64,000 nucleotides of DNA from a virus. The DNA is taken from the UHGV virus genome UHGV-1370141; one strand, written 5' to 3'. Numbering within the stretch: position 1 is the stretch's first letter; every line of letters begins with the position of its first letter. Made by a program: the position numbers and the translations under genes. Shown piece by piece: positions 29,171 through 38,041 of this stretch. The notes beneath the pieces are model-generated. The model was not told the origin of the DNA. It searched no databases and saw nothing but the letters and a program-made list of their open reading frames with translations.

Positions 29171-29717
29171 AAATGTCGACTTCTAGTTTACGGTAATCAA
29201 TGACGCCTTGAGCAATCATAGCAGCAACATCGTTCCAAGTACGAAAAATGAAGTAAACGGTATCCCCGTTTAAAAAGATATTGGATTCTTTATCCGGGAA
29301 ATCATTTTCGCTGAGGTAGTAGTAGGGTTTGTCGAATGGGAAGTCACGCTCATCAGAGGAACCAAGTACCGCATAACGATTGCCACAGTCGAACAGAATC
29401 TTCCAACCTGATACTTCACTATTAACATCAACACGATCGACGATTTCAACAGTAATCGGAGAATGGTCAAGAAAACTGATCGTGATTCCCTCGCAATACC
29501 GTTTGAATCGCCAAATATCTGTGGGTACAATTTCAGACGCTGCTATAAGGGAATAAAGTTGTGTTGTGGTGATCTTTTTGTAAACGCTATTGCCGTCTCC
29601 CAAACGGTCAAATAAGAAATTAGCCAGGAAATTTATATCCTTTAAACGTGTACGGAAAACAGAACCACGGCGAATACCATAAGCCAGGTGGGTTAAATAT
29701 TCAGATGATGGAAACAT
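29169..29717 (-). CDS. Hypothetical protein (182 aa), paralogue of 29780..30712
   Basis: Shared blocks with the neighbouring gene: N-terminal MFPSSEYL/MTFPSEVI and NIFLNGDTVYFIFRTW / NIGLNGGVVYFILSNW. Confidence 0.45.
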   Translation of the reverse strand: MFPSSEYLTHLAYGIRRGSVFRTRLKDINFLANFLFDRLGDGNSVYKKITTTQLYSLIAASEIVPTDIWRFKRYCEGITISFLDHSPITVEIVDRVDVNSEVSGWKILFDCGNRYAVLGSSDERDFPFDKPYYYLSENDFPDKESNIFLNGDTVYFIFRTWNDVAAMIAQGVIDYRKLEVDI

Positions 29718-29730
29718 TTTAATACTCCTA

Positions 29731-29770
29731 AGATGGAAAAAAGAATTAACCCTACTCCCGGAGGAGTAGG
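29731..29770 (-). terminator. Rho-independent terminator (CCCTACTCC-cgga-GGAGTAGGG; U-run on - strand)
   Basis: Same stem sequence as at 29134 and 10311; plus-strand A-run on 5' side. Confidence 0.5.
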
Positions 29771-29779
29771 GGACTTAAA

Positions 29780-30712
29780 TTACTTTTTGGCTTGACCCAG
29801 GTTTTCAAGAACCAGTTCACGAATGTACTTTTGAGTACGTTTCTTCGGCGGTAAAGCCATAAGGGTGTCAACAATTTCCTGACCGCCGATAACCTTGCTG
29901 ACGAGTTGTTGAACTTGGAAGAGTTCCGCTTCTTCGTCACTGATCTCATTAGCTTGGTCTTTCTGACACAGCGCTTCTACCAGGTCAGCTACGGATATTT
30001 CTTTTTCGTCACCAGGGAAATCCAGGTTTAACGATTCGAAAACATCACGTTTAACGAGCACAGATTTCAGATCATCGTAGTCTTCGCAAACGGCGACTTC
30101 TGTACCAGGGACGGTTTCTTCTTCGTCTTGATCTTCATTCTCAGCGGAGAGGTAATTTACTTCTGTTGCGTGGAACGTTGCGTCAGCTTTTCTCAGGACG
30201 TAGCTCACATGCGCCCAGTTGCTCAGGATGAAGTAGACGACGCCCCCATTTAATCCGATATTGCCTTGGCGAAGCTCGAGAGCAATTTCCAGGCGGCGCG
30301 AAATCTGCCCCAAGTCAAAGAAAGACTCGTCGCGTGCCGCAACAACTTCGTACTGATTCACCCCTTGTTCTACAACAACGAACCAGTTATCCGGGAGAGG
30401 ATATGGGTTGGGCATGAGAGAATGTTCGATCCCTACGCTTGGGTCAACAGTAACGGATGTATGCCGCATTCCCATGGAGAAGTTGAACATATCCCCATTT
30501 TGAACCGCAATTGCATTGTCGATTGGAAGAATTTTGGTGGTACGATCGATAGAGAAAATCACTTCTTGCGTAATTGAAGACTGATTACTGCCTAGGAAAT
30601 GGTTGCGCAGAAAGGCAGCGGTTGCACCTACGCTGGTTTGCAGCATATGGTAGTTATAACGACGACGTAGAGTGTTAGCCAGTTCGTAAATTACTTCAGA
30701 TGGAAAAGTCAT
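29780..30712 (-). CDS. Hypothetical protein (310 aa) with acidic C-terminal half, paralogue of 29169..29717
   Basis: See paralogue; acidic stretch ENEDQDEEETVPGTEVAVCEDYDDL. Confidence 0.45.
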   Translation of the reverse strand: MTFPSEVIYELANTLRRRYNYHMLQTSVGATAAFLRNHFLGSNQSSITQEVIFSIDRTTKILPIDNAIAVQNGDMFNFSMGMRHTSVTVDPSVGIEHSLMPNPYPLPDNWFVVVEQGVNQYEVVAARDESFFDLGQISRRLEIALELRQGNIGLNGGVVYFILSNWAHVSYVLRKADATFHATEVNYLSAENEDQDEEETVPGTEVAVCEDYDDLKSVLVKRDVFESLNLDFPGDEKEISVADLVEALCQKDQANEISDEEAELFQVQQLVSKVIGGQEIVDTLMALPPKKRTQKYIRELVLENLGQAKK

Positions 30713-30765
30713 TTTAATAGTCCTCTTTAGGTTTGTTCAAATCAACTAAGGGTTTTGTAAAAAAG

Positions 30766-31245
30766 TTAAAAGAGTGGGAGGTTACGCCATTGACCTACGG
30801 AATAGAAAGCCTTCGGATGTTTACGAATATAGTCCTTCGCTTCTTTCGGTAACCAGCGTTGACCTGCACGTTTCTGCTGGGCAACAATAACAGCCAGCAG
30901 CAAATAAGGATTCTTTGACCCAGGGAATTTTGCATTCGTTTCTAGCGCAATATCCAACATCGATTCCCATCCCAGTGTTTTAGACTGAGCGGGTAAACGG
31001 TCTTCGATATACATCAACCAGTTCATGATTTCTCTGGGTTTAAATGGACAGGTGTAGTTCGCCCAGCTTATCATGAAAAACTTAATAATCTTTGCAAATA
31101 CCCACAACGGTATAGCTACGAATACACAGAAAATCACCATTTGTTTCGTAGGGGCGTTTACGAACGTCACTAACAGTAGAACGGTGATTACCTCTAATAC
31201 CACGAACCAAAAGCGGGTTGGGTAACGCCAGATAAACTTCAACAT
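30766..31245 (-). CDS. Membrane protein with two N-terminal TM helices (159 aa)
   Basis: FWFVVLEVITVLLLVTFV and VIFCVFVAIPLWVFAKIIKFF hydrophobic helices, then a basic C-terminal region; two genes from the secreted SLT lysin candidate. Confidence 0.45.
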   Translation of the reverse strand: MLKFIWRYPTRFWFVVLEVITVLLLVTFVNAPTKQMVIFCVFVAIPLWVFAKIIKFFMISWANYTCPFKPREIMNWLMYIEDRLPAQSKTLGWESMLDIALETNAKFPGSKNPYLLLAVIVAQQKRAGQRWLPKEAKDYIRKHPKAFYSVGQWRNLPLF

Positions 31246-31264
31246 ACCTTTGCTCCTTTAGGGG

Positions 31265-31302
31265 AATAAATAAAAGTACCCCTAATCCGATTGGATTAGG
31301 GG
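31265..31302 (-). terminator. Rho-independent terminator (CCCCTAATCC-gatt-GGATTAGGGG; U-run on - strand)
   Basis: Perfect 10 bp stem with plus-strand A-run on 5' side, right after the stop of 31309..31818. Confidence 0.5.
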
Positions 31303-31308
31303 CAAGTA

Positions 31309-31818
31309 TTAGAAGAACGGTTGGTTTGGAATCACAGCAAATTCCAGAACGAAGATGTGTTCAGGGGCACCTGCCTGACGCCAGATTTTGTGCGTAGTCG
31401 CCAGTTTCTCCAGAATCGTCAGGAAGCTACGCTGGCAGTAGGTGTTCTCACCCAACAGCAAATTCTGTAACTCTACAGTGGCTTCCATATACGCTTCTTT
31501 AAAGACCTGATTCGGATTGTATTTACCGGTATGATGCCACAACAGAACTTTCCCTTGCTCTGTGTCTCTCACGGCCGGACGTAACCCGCAAATCCACAAC
31601 AAGGCAAGGTTGACGTTCCAGTCAAACTCTAAGCCTTCTTCTTCGTCATCACCGAAAGCCGTTTTAAGGGCATCGTAAAACTCATGTCGCGTTGCAAAGT
31701 CTTCGTCGGACTTTATCTGGTCTTCGTTACTGCTACGAACGATACTGTACACGTCCTGGGCAGTAATTTGGGTAGCCTTAGTGATACCTTTATACCAATC
31801 GGTTACAACGATGCTCAA
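31309..31818 (-). CDS. Hypothetical protein (169 aa)
   Basis: ORF with 4-nt overlap with the upstream lysin-candidate gene. Confidence 0.4.
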   Translation of the reverse strand: MSIVVTDWYKGITKATQITAQDVYSIVRSSNEDQIKSDEDFATRHEFYDALKTAFGDDEEEGLEFDWNVNLALLWICGLRPAVRDTEQGKVLLWHHTGKYNPNQVFKEAYMEATVELQNLLLGENTYCQRSFLTILEKLATTHKIWRQAGAPEHIFVLEFAVIPNQPFF

Positions 31819-32501
31819 AGGGTGACTCCTTGTTTAAATGGAAAACTGGTGTTTATCGTATCCCAAATTCGGTTAACTTCTGCCAACTGAATCTGGCGTT
31901 CTGGTTTCTTCGCAAACGCAAGCTGACGAGATGCTACAGGCTTGTTGATTTTCGCACTGTAGAACGTTGCATCTTTCATAAAGCTCGCCATTTCTCGTTG
32001 TGCTGCCCGAGACTTGCTTTTAATCCTGGCGTGTGCACCGCTTTCACCCCAGTGATAAGCCAATGCAATTTCTGCAATAGTGGGCTTGCGTTTGAGTCGT
32101 TTAGTCAACCCCTTTTCTAAATGTTTAACGTAGACGGAAGCCAATAGCACCGCATTACGAGGATTGTACAAATCCGCGTTACGACTAAGTCCGATTTCGT
32201 TGCCGTAGAGTTTTAGTAAATTACGCTTTGTGCTCGGTAGCATCTGAACCAGACTGTGCGCTTTAGACGTTCGATTATACGCCTTCGGATTAAACCGCGA
32301 TTCCCGATAGATTAGCGTGGTCATCAACTTAGGATCGACGCCCTGCTTTCGGGAGATTTCCACAATCAACGGTTTTACCCGTTCGAAACGGTCTTGAATC
32401 ATTTCGAATTCACGATGGTGTTTGGCACTGGGTGCGGATTTGGATGCGTATGCGTTAAACGCGAAAAGTGTTACCAGTAAAAGAAAGAAAATACGAAACA
32501 T
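31815..32501 (-). CDS. Secreted lytic transglycosylase (SLT family); endolysin candidate
   Basis: Start set at internal Met (MFRIFFLLLVTLFAFNAYA, signal-peptide-like) with GGAGA SD; SLT motif RESRFNPKAYNRTSKAHSLVQML and AYHWG. Confidence 0.6.
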   Translation of the reverse strand: MFRIFFLLLVTLFAFNAYASKSAPSAKHHREFEMIQDRFERVKPLIVEISRKQGVDPKLMTTLIYRESRFNPKAYNRTSKAHSLVQMLPSTKRNLLKLYGNEIGLSRNADLYNPRNAVLLASVYVKHLEKGLTKRLKRKPTIAEIALAYHWGESGAHARIKSKSRAAQREMASFMKDATFYSAKINKPVASRQLAFAKKPERQIQLAEVNRIWDTINTSFPFKQGVTL

Positions 32502-32601
32502 ACTAGTTCTCCAGTTGGATTTATACATTTCCGTGTTCCGTAGAACGAAATCACGGCGCGGACAGCTGGAACTCCTTTGTTGTGTGCCCTAATGATAATA
32601 T

Positions 32602-33126
32602 CTATTTAAAAAGGTTTGGAATTAAAGGTTTTGCTTCTTGGTAAAGCGTATCGGGTAAATAGAAACGGTAATGTTGTCTCCTCGGTACGAGTTTCTTTTC
32701 GATAAACAAAAAGATTTGTTGACGTTCAGCTTTTGTCAACCAACCGTTAGCCATCCCTAACGGCGGTAAAGCCACCCCACCCTCTAAGTTTTCTGCGGCA
32801 TCTGCCAACGCGGTGATACCCGCGATAACATAAGAAACCTGGGATTTCAGTTTCCAATGTGTTTTAGTTGGTAAGAGAATGCAGTTTTCCTCGGGATAAA
32901 CATACACATTCCCTATTCGTATTTCGTTAGCGAAGCAACGTTCTCGGTAGTCCTGATAAAGCCCAGGATAGCGTTCTCTGCACGCTAAAGCGATACCCCG
33001 ACCCATTGCCCCTACACAATTTATCGTAACGACCTTGAAGCGCTCAGGGGCGTTAAACAGGTCGTTGTCAATATCCGATTCTGGAAGTATCGTTAGCATA
33101 ACGGTCTTACCGAGTGAGGTAAGCAT
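32602..33126 (-). CDS. Macro-domain-like protein (ADP-ribose binding/hydrolase candidate)
   Basis: VVTINCVGAMGRGIALAC and GVALPPLGMANG resemble macro-domain blocks (VVNAAN...GGGGV...G and AFPAISTGVYG) as recalled for E. coli YmdB; start may be an internal Met. Confidence 0.4.
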   Translation of the reverse strand: MLTSLGKTVMLTILPESDIDNDLFNAPERFKVVTINCVGAMGRGIALACRERYPGLYQDYRERCFANEIRIGNVYVYPEENCILLPTKTHWKLKSQVSYVIAGITALADAAENLEGGVALPPLGMANGWLTKAERQQIFLFIEKKLVPRRQHYRFYLPDTLYQEAKPLIPNLFK

Positions 33127-33199
33127 AATTGATGCACAGGGATAAACCGCGTTCCACCAATCGCCAACTCAACCAAAATCGCTATATACGTTTTAGACA

Positions 33200-33574
33200 T
33201 TAACGATTCCTTTTCACCCATTGACTGATAACGGACTCCAGTCCTTCGTGTTCGAGACCGAGGCGTTTCATGGCAAGGTGTAATTCCAGCGTGTGAGTAA
33301 TCTGTTCTCGGGTTTGGGCGTCGTTCATCTTCTCCCAGACCTTCTCCAGATTAATGTTAAATTTTGACAGCATATACGCTTCGCGACACGCACCACGACG
33401 CCACAAACTCGGTTTAACGAACGGTAATTCGATTTCTGGAATCAGCCACAGCAGTTTATTAACCCGCGTAAGTTCACTACCACCGATTTCGTGACACTGA
33501 TAACAGATTTGTAAGATGTCGCTGTTATCCAGTGGTTCACTAAATAGATACGGGGTTTGGGTTCCTGGTAACAT
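33200..33574 (-). CDS. Hypothetical protein (124 aa)
   Basis: ORF in - block. Confidence 0.4.
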   Translation of the reverse strand: MLPGTQTPYLFSEPLDNSDILQICYQCHEIGGSELTRVNKLLWLIPEIELPFVKPSLWRRGACREAYMLSKFNINLEKVWEKMNDAQTREQITHTLELHLAMKRLGLEHEGLESVISQWVKRNR

Positions 33575-33776
33575 CTGGATTCTCCTTAGGCTCGAAAGGT
33601 GATTCAGGTGGCAGCGTTCCTAACGCACCTTGAATACAGGCTGTCAGTGCAGGTTTACCAAAACACACCTGACCGATCTTACCCATGTTGGGATGCTGGA
33701 GAAATGCTTTTGCGCGTTCGTATTCTTTCCAGCAAATGCTTGTATCCATTCCACCTACACCGAAACTGTTTAACAT
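33540..33776 (-). CDS. Small hypothetical protein (78 aa)
   Basis: ORF filling the gap between the GNAT gene and 33200..33574; short, uncertain. Confidence 0.3.
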   Translation of the reverse strand: MLNSFGVGGMDTSICWKEYERAKAFLQHPNMGKIGQVCFGKPALTACIQGALGTLPPESPFEPKENPDVTRNPNPVSI

Positions 33777-33842
33777 AAGTAGCTCTCCTGACGTAAAATT
33801 CTCACACTCATAGTGAGGAACGTCAAGAGAGCCTTTATTGTT

Positions 33843-34286
33843 TTAGAAAGTTTTGCTGAAATCCACCCATTCTTTATCGTGAGAATAGGTTGCTTTGTAG
33901 CCACGACGAATGAAATACTCTTTCGCTTCTTTGCACTTCGTGTACATCCCAATGGCAATTTCACCGAATGCTTCATCAGCGGCTATCGCTTTGAAGATTT
34001 CTTTCATTACCCCACGCTGACGGTAATCAGGCAGCACGTATAACGAACGAATTTTGAGTACCCCGTTGCGATTACGGTAACTGCAATAACCCACCGCAAC
34101 ATCGTCGATATAAATCAGAACAACACAGTTGCCTTCGATCAGTTGACGCACGTTTAATTTCGGTACAGCGGTTTTGATTTTCAGCATCGTTGCTTGGTGA
34201 TCTAAGTAACGGTAATGAAGTGCGAGTAAATCTTTCGCTTGTTCTTCACCGATTTTAGAAAGTGCGTTCAACAAATAAATTTCCAT
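33843..34286 (-). CDS. GNAT-family N-acetyltransferase
   Basis: Core LYVLPDYRQRGVMKEIFKAI (GNAT motif A R/Q-x-x-G-x-G/A region) preceded by beta-strand VVLIYIDDVAVGYCSY; size typical of GNAT. Confidence 0.55.
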   Translation of the reverse strand: MEIYLLNALSKIGEEQAKDLLALHYRYLDHQATMLKIKTAVPKLNVRQLIEGNCVVLIYIDDVAVGYCSYRNRNGVLKIRSLYVLPDYRQRGVMKEIFKAIAADEAFGEIAIGMYTKCKEAKEYFIRRGYKATYSHDKEWVDFSKTF

Positions 34287-34318
34287 TTATCAGACCTTAC
34301 AGACGCAAAAAGATGAAA

Positions 34319-34447
34319 TTAAAACCAACGTCCAATGATAAAAGCGGCAGCGGCGAGAAGCAGTACGGTAATAAAACCCGCACCCCATGTTAGTTCCGCG
34401 TTATATAAAGCGCCGATTGCAGCATTGGTAGTATTGACAACAGTCAT
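34319..34447 (-). CDS. Small hydrophobic protein (about 42 aa; not in ORF track)
   Basis: Manual translation MTVVNTTNAAIGALYNAELTWGAGFITVLLLAAAAFIIGRWF with GAGGGA SD upstream; coordinates approximate. Confidence 0.3.
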   Translation of the reverse strand: MTVVNTTNAAIGALYNAELTWGAGFITVLLLAAAAFIIGRWF

Positions 34448-34605
34448 AGTTCTTCCCTCGTAAAACACCCTCCCAGTTACCCAGGAGGGGGTTCTAACTT
34501 AACTGTGCGTAGAGCCTTTGAAAGCCCATCCGTACTTATTAATCAGCCAGTTGAGAGATTTCCCAATAATCCACAACGACCCAAGTGTTAACAGAATACC
34601 CTCAA

Positions 34606-34806
34606 TCATGACTTCCCTCCAACACACCGCCACTCACATTCGCGTTGGTGCCAAATTGAACCCCAGGTGAGCCTAATCGCGTACGCTAAGACCACCCATA
34701 AAATCGCCGTTATACAAAATAGCACGTACAGAATGGCAACCAGCACCATGACGCTAAACCCTAAAACGCTTAGTAACTGACGCCACCAATCAGTTTGCGT
34801 AGACAA
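34606..34806 (-). CDS. Small membrane protein (66 aa)
   Basis: Hydrophobic core LLSVLGFSVMVLVAILYVLFCITAILWVVLAYAI; TTG start whose codon overlaps the SbcC-like gene 3' end. Confidence 0.35.
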   Translation of the reverse strand: MSTQTDWWRQLLSVLGFSVMVLVAILYVLFCITAILWVVLAYAIRLTWGSIWHQRECEWRCVGGKS

Positions 34807-37312
34807 TTTTTACTCCTTCGTTGTAAACCGCAGGCAGTGTTACGCCTTCAGGTTCAATAACACAGTATGCGGCTTCGTTAAGTTTTGAATGAATTTCTGC
34901 TTCGTGAGATACCACCAGTAACTGAGAGAACTCACCGGAATTCGCCAGGGTTTTAATAAACCCAACGAGGTTATTTCGGTGTTCTTCATCCATCCCTTCT
35001 GACGGCTCATCCAACAGTAGCGGATACTGATGAAGTTTCAGGGCTTTGTAAGCGGTTAAACGAAACATCAAATTAAAGATGGCTCGCTGCGCTTTCGACC
35101 CTTTCCGCACGTCAGGTACCGGTTCAGGATGGGTTTTTAACTGCACTGGGAACGTGTAGTCTAAGTCACCGTCGGTTAAGTCACACGGCATGACCCGCAT
35201 AGGGTAGGTCCAGACTTGTTCGATATATCGCGTCATCAATTCCGTGATTCTCACGATAGCGTTGTAGAAGTATTTGCGTAGTACCCCTTTCTCGGGCGAG
35301 AACGCTTGAATCATCAGTTTGTTATTGAATTGCTGTGCCTGTAAATCCGATAACTCCTTTTCTAACGCAGTAAGTTGGTTGAGCTCGTTTTCCATCTGAC
35401 GGTACCGTTCCCGTGCTGTGGTGAACGCATCCAACTTGTTTTCTCGGGCGTTTAATAACGTTTCGACCACCGTGTTGGTTAATGTTACCTTAACATCGTT
35501 CTCTAAACGCTCAAAAACCGCATTAAAATTGTCTACAGTGGCTTTAAGTTCGTTTAGATAACAAAAGGTATCATTAGCAACTGCGTGCTCTCTACGGCGC
35601 TCTGAGAGCGTTTCTGTCGCCTTACCCAAACGCTCCTGCTGGAAGGCAATTTTCTGCTGTAGAGCACCATCAACGTTACCTACCGCTGCAACTGCGTTTG
35701 CCCACTCTTTTTCCGCTTTAGCAAAACGGTGTTTCGTTTCGTGGTATTCAATTGCGGAATAAAGTTCACGATCGAACTCTGCACACAAACTGCCAAACTG
35801 ACTGCGGTTATCCGTAAAGACATTCCGCTCCTGGAGACGTTTAAAGAACAAACTCAATACCGGGTCTTTCGAGTATGTTAAAACGATTTCCCGCACTTGG
35901 CGCATGTAATTAACGTCCGACTCTAATTCCGTACGGTCTCGCAACACGGAATCAAGCTGAGTCTGTAACGTATTACGTTGCTCCATTTGTCCACGAATGG
36001 CTTCTTCCAATTCAGGCAAAGAACGACGCACGCCCGGACGGAATTTAAATTGACACTGCGGACAATCAACCTCTGCGGTTTCCAAATAGTGATTCCGTTC
36101 GTGGTTGAGGTTCTGCAATACGTTTTCAACGCGTTGTAGTCGGTCACGCAACCCAGATGAGTTCTGGTCTAAGGTCAACAGTTTCTCTTCCAGTACGTTC
36201 AACCGTTCCGTTGATTTAATAGCATCCAGCGTTGTTCCTAAACGTTGTCCCCAGACACGCGCATCCGTCGCTGCTTTAAGCTGGTCAATGTTAACGGTCT
36301 CCGCAAACAGTTCAGGGAAAAGATGTTCGGTGTCCCACTGCTTTAATAACTCACGCAGTTTTGCAACCGTGTTCTTTAACCCTTCGTGATTCCGCATCAG
36401 GTAATCTTGGCGGGTAGACTCGTCCATCAACAGAGACAAATCTTTGTTTAGCATAGACAGCTCTGTTTCAGCAGAGACCACCGCTTCACGGGCAGTGGCT
36501 TCAACGCGTCGTGCTTCCTCTACCTGTTCTTCCGTAGGTAATCCACCACGGTGTTCCAAGATAGCATTAATCGGTGCTTCGATTTTAAGCAATAGCGATT
36601 GAATCGTTGCCACCGTAACGTCACGATTCAGGCCCGGCAGTTGTTCAATCTGTTTGTTGAGTTCACGTAAATCTGCTTCTAATGCTTTTAACCGTGTTGC
36701 TAACTGCTGACGTTCTTCCTCGTTATCAATCACGCGGGTACGCAACTCTGCAATCTTGCGGCTGGTGATTTCAATACCGCCGTTTAACATCGTCAGGTTT
36801 TTTCGTAAACGTTGATAAAAACCTAACGCGTAAGTTAAGTCTGACGTACTTAAACGGTAGAACCACTTACGACGCAGTTCCGTTCCTGCATCCGTTAAAA
36901 GCACTTCTCCGTTCAGTAACTCTTTAATCTCTTTTGTAATGCCCGTGATTTCTTCTACACGAGAGTTATACACTTTCGCATTACCTTGTTCGACGATTTT
37001 GGTACCCGTCGTCAGGTTCTCGATATCGCAAACCAGTGAGTTGCCTTTACGTGCAACCTTAAATTTGTAACGATGGTCGTTAACCAAACAGATGTTGGTG
37101 TAAGAACCCCCGTCACGGAATTCGGATTTCGAAGGTGCGATAGGTAGAAACACGGACAGTAAGCTGGTCTTACCGCAGCCGTTACCACCGAGGATAATAG
37201 TGGTTGGGGAATGGATAGTAAAATCGAAGGTTTCGATTTCGTGTAGTCCCATCCCGGTAAACCCTTTAAGTACAATACGTTCAACTTTTAACATGTCCAC
37301 CTCCATATTCAC
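34790..37312 (-). CDS. SbcC/Rad50-like SMC-family ATPase with zinc hook
   Basis: N-terminal Walker A IILGGNGCGKTSLL; long coiled-coil middle with CPQC zinc-hook; C-terminal Walker B LLLDEPSEGMD and H-loop VVSHEAE. Confidence 0.8.
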   Translation of the reverse strand: MNMEVDMLKVERIVLKGFTGMGLHEIETFDFTIHSPTTIILGGNGCGKTSLLSVFLPIAPSKSEFRDGGSYTNICLVNDHRYKFKVARKGNSLVCDIENLTTGTKIVEQGNAKVYNSRVEEITGITKEIKELLNGEVLLTDAGTELRRKWFYRLSTSDLTYALGFYQRLRKNLTMLNGGIEITSRKIAELRTRVIDNEEERQQLATRLKALEADLRELNKQIEQLPGLNRDVTVATIQSLLLKIEAPINAILEHRGGLPTEEQVEEARRVEATAREAVVSAETELSMLNKDLSLLMDESTRQDYLMRNHEGLKNTVAKLRELLKQWDTEHLFPELFAETVNIDQLKAATDARVWGQRLGTTLDAIKSTERLNVLEEKLLTLDQNSSGLRDRLQRVENVLQNLNHERNHYLETAEVDCPQCQFKFRPGVRRSLPELEEAIRGQMEQRNTLQTQLDSVLRDRTELESDVNYMRQVREIVLTYSKDPVLSLFFKRLQERNVFTDNRSQFGSLCAEFDRELYSAIEYHETKHRFAKAEKEWANAVAAVGNVDGALQQKIAFQQERLGKATETLSERRREHAVANDTFCYLNELKATVDNFNAVFERLENDVKVTLTNTVVETLLNARENKLDAFTTARERYRQMENELNQLTALEKELSDLQAQQFNNKLMIQAFSPEKGVLRKYFYNAIVRITELMTRYIEQVWTYPMRVMPCDLTDGDLDYTFPVQLKTHPEPVPDVRKGSKAQRAIFNLMFRLTAYKALKLHQYPLLLDEPSEGMDEEHRNNLVGFIKTLANSGEFSQLLVVSHEAEIHSKLNEAAYCVIEPEGVTLPAVYNEGVKIVYAN

Positions 37313-37324
37313 GGAGCGTGGTGT

Positions 37325-37372
37325 AAAAAGAAAAAAAATAAAAGAGAAGGGAGAGAACCCGAAGGTTCTCTC
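37325..37372 (-). terminator. Rho-independent terminator (GAGAGAACC-cgaa-GGTTCTCTC; long U-run on - strand)
   Basis: Perfect 9 bp stem with a roughly 20 nt plus-strand A-run on 5' side, right after the stop of 37379..37987. Confidence 0.55.
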
Positions 37373-37378
37373 GTGGTA

Positions 37379-37987
37379 TTACGGCTGGTAGAGTTTGTAA
37401 CCCATCTCCTGCCAGTTTTGGATATTTTTCGATTGCTCAACCCAAGCCTGGCCTGCGTCGGACGCAACAACTTCCATCGTCAGTAAACAAATCAGATTGG
37501 TAACGGGAACACATTTGCCTGGTGTAACGTCATCCAAATACACCGGATACAGATAAGGTGATTTGATGCTTTGATACGGATAGGAATAATGCGTTCCTAC
37601 AACCCAACCTTCTTCCACCGGGCAGAGGTTAAAGGTACGCGTTTCTGGGATTTCCCCTTCAGAGATCCAATTTACAACGTCGGCCTTAATACGGCCGTTG
37701 TCGATGTAGTAGAACACAACACGTTGCGGGATACCTGCACCCCCGGTAGGGTCTATTGCTTCCAGCGCTTTAAACGGTGTATTATTTAGCGTAGTACGGT
37801 TATCTAACGCGTACATCAGCTTTTCGTAAGCGGTTGGCGTTTTACGTTCGAAATACGCTTTCAAACGCGGGTACGCTAAGAACCCTTCGACTTCTTCCTC
37901 CATTAAATCGATGAATAACGGAGAATGTGGATTAGCTTCGTTTAGTCGCATCGCTTCGATAAAACGAACCAAAGTAATTTCGTTCAT
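37379..37987 (-). CDS. Hypothetical protein (202 aa)
   Basis: ORF directly upstream of the SbcC-like gene; no metallophosphoesterase motifs seen, so not an SbcD/Mre11 homologue by eye. Confidence 0.4.
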   Translation of the reverse strand: MNEITLVRFIEAMRLNEANPHSPLFIDLMEEEVEGFLAYPRLKAYFERKTPTAYEKLMYALDNRTTLNNTPFKALEAIDPTGGAGIPQRVVFYYIDNGRIKADVVNWISEGEIPETRTFNLCPVEEGWVVGTHYSYPYQSIKSPYLYPVYLDDVTPGKCVPVTNLICLLTMEVVASDAGQAWVEQSKNIQNWQEMGYKLYQP

Positions 37988-38004
37988 GTTTCAGTTTCCT
38001 TTGG

Positions 38005-38033
38005 CAAAAAAGAAGCCCCGTACACAGCGGGGC
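38005..38033 (-). terminator. Terminator-like hairpin (GCCCCG...CGGGGC; U-run on - strand)
   Basis: GC stem with plus-strand A-run on 5' side, after the stop of 38042..38518. Confidence 0.4.
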
Positions 38034-38041
38034 CGGGCTAA

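Noticed and set aside
37379-37987. 202-aa protein as possible SbcD/Mre11 partner of the SbcC-like ATPase
   Set aside because: No metallophosphoesterase motifs (D-x-H, GD-x-x-D, GNHE) seen and too short; kept as hypothetical.
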